This document shows positions 26,073-26,503 of a stretch of DNA of 26,503 nucleotides, in pieces (within the stretch, counting starts at the first letter, position 1; the number at the start of each line of letters is the position of its first letter). A program made the translations under genes and the position numbers. Where the stretch lies: contig JBBQPO010000052.1 in assembly GCA_038217285.1 (NCBI GenBank), positions 1-26,503 on the forward strand. The letters are read 5' to 3'. The notes beneath the pieces are model-generated. The model was not told where the DNA came from. It did no database searches and was given only the letters and a program-made list of their open reading frames with translations. This stretch comes from Chthonomonadales bacterium. GTDB lineage: Bacteria; Armatimonadota; Chthonomonadetes; Chthonomonadales; Chthonomonadaceae.

Positions 26073-26503
26073 ATGATGAGCCATCACAAACCCGAGTTGG
26101 AAGATCTGTTTTTGAATCGCCGCGAACTGCTGAAACGCTGCGGCACCGGCCTCGGCATGCTGAGCCTATCGGCGATGCTCGGCGAGGAGGGCATGCTCGG
26201 CTCCGCCGCTGCCGCACAGAGTCTGCCCAACGCGCTGCATCCGCTCGCGCCGCGCTCGCCGCACTTTCCGGGCAAGGTCAAGCGGGTCATCCATCTCTTT
26301 ATGAACGGCGGCCCCTCCCAGGTCGATACGTTCGATCCCAAGCCGATGCTGACGCAGTATCACGGTAAGCCGCTGCCCGCCTCCCTCTCCACGGAGCGCA
26401 AAACGGGCGCTGCCTACCGGTCGCCGTTCGCGTTCCAGAAGTACGGCAAGAGCGGAATCGAGGTGAGCGAGATCTTCCCCCACGTCGCGCAGCATGTCGA
26501 TGA
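26073..26503 (+). CDS. DUF1501 domain protein (Tat signal), 5' part; runs off the window
   Basis: Not in the ORF track. Manual translation gives MMSHHKPELEDLFLNRRELLKRCGTGLGMLSL...HPLAPRSPHFPGKVKRVIHLFMNGGPSQVDTFDPKP...FQKYGKSGIEVSEIFPHVAQHVD; this family normally follows DUF1553 genes. Confidence 0.92.
   Translation, partial: MMSHHKPELEDLFLNRRELLKRCGTGLGMLSLSAMLGEEGMLGSAAAAQSLPNALHPLAPRSPHFPGKVKRVIHLFMNGGPSQVDTFDPKPMLTQYHGKPLPASLSTERKTGAAYRSPFAFQKYGKSGIEVSEIFPHVAQHVD

Noticed and set aside
24178-26217. 679-aa minus-strand ORF
   Set aside because: Antisense shadow of the PSD1 and DUF1501 genes.
1-26503. CRISPR array, IS element, integrase or prophage genes
   Set aside because: No regularly spaced repeats, transposase/integrase motifs or phage genes were seen.

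Overview
GC-rich bacterial chromosomal window; the gene mix suggests Armatimonadota or a similar lineage with PVC-type genes (inference only). Left arm, minus strand: an OmpR-family two-component system, then an RND adaptor plus permease, then an ArsR repressor and the start of a second RND adaptor. Candidate operators are visible for both regulators. Centre: the core cluster rpmH-rnpA-yidD-yidC-jag followed by tmRNA (ssrA, tag ANTNQYALAA), with no adjacent dnaA. Next is a DUF4139-like secreted protein with a Gly-rich insert. The most unusual element is an overlapping three-gene operon at 13583-19462: an intact STAND-like P-loop ATPase, a 1259-aa cytoplasmic protein fusing a degenerate copy of the same ATPase fold to GAF/PAS/GAF sensors and an intact histidine kinase, and a receiver protein with no recognisable output domain. 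Right arm: a Tat-exported Gfo/Idh/MocA oxidoreductase, a fused ABC exporter, a planctomycete cytochrome c/PSD1 (DUF1549/DUF1553) protein and a partial DUF1501 gene. All calls come from reading motifs by eye; no database searches were run.
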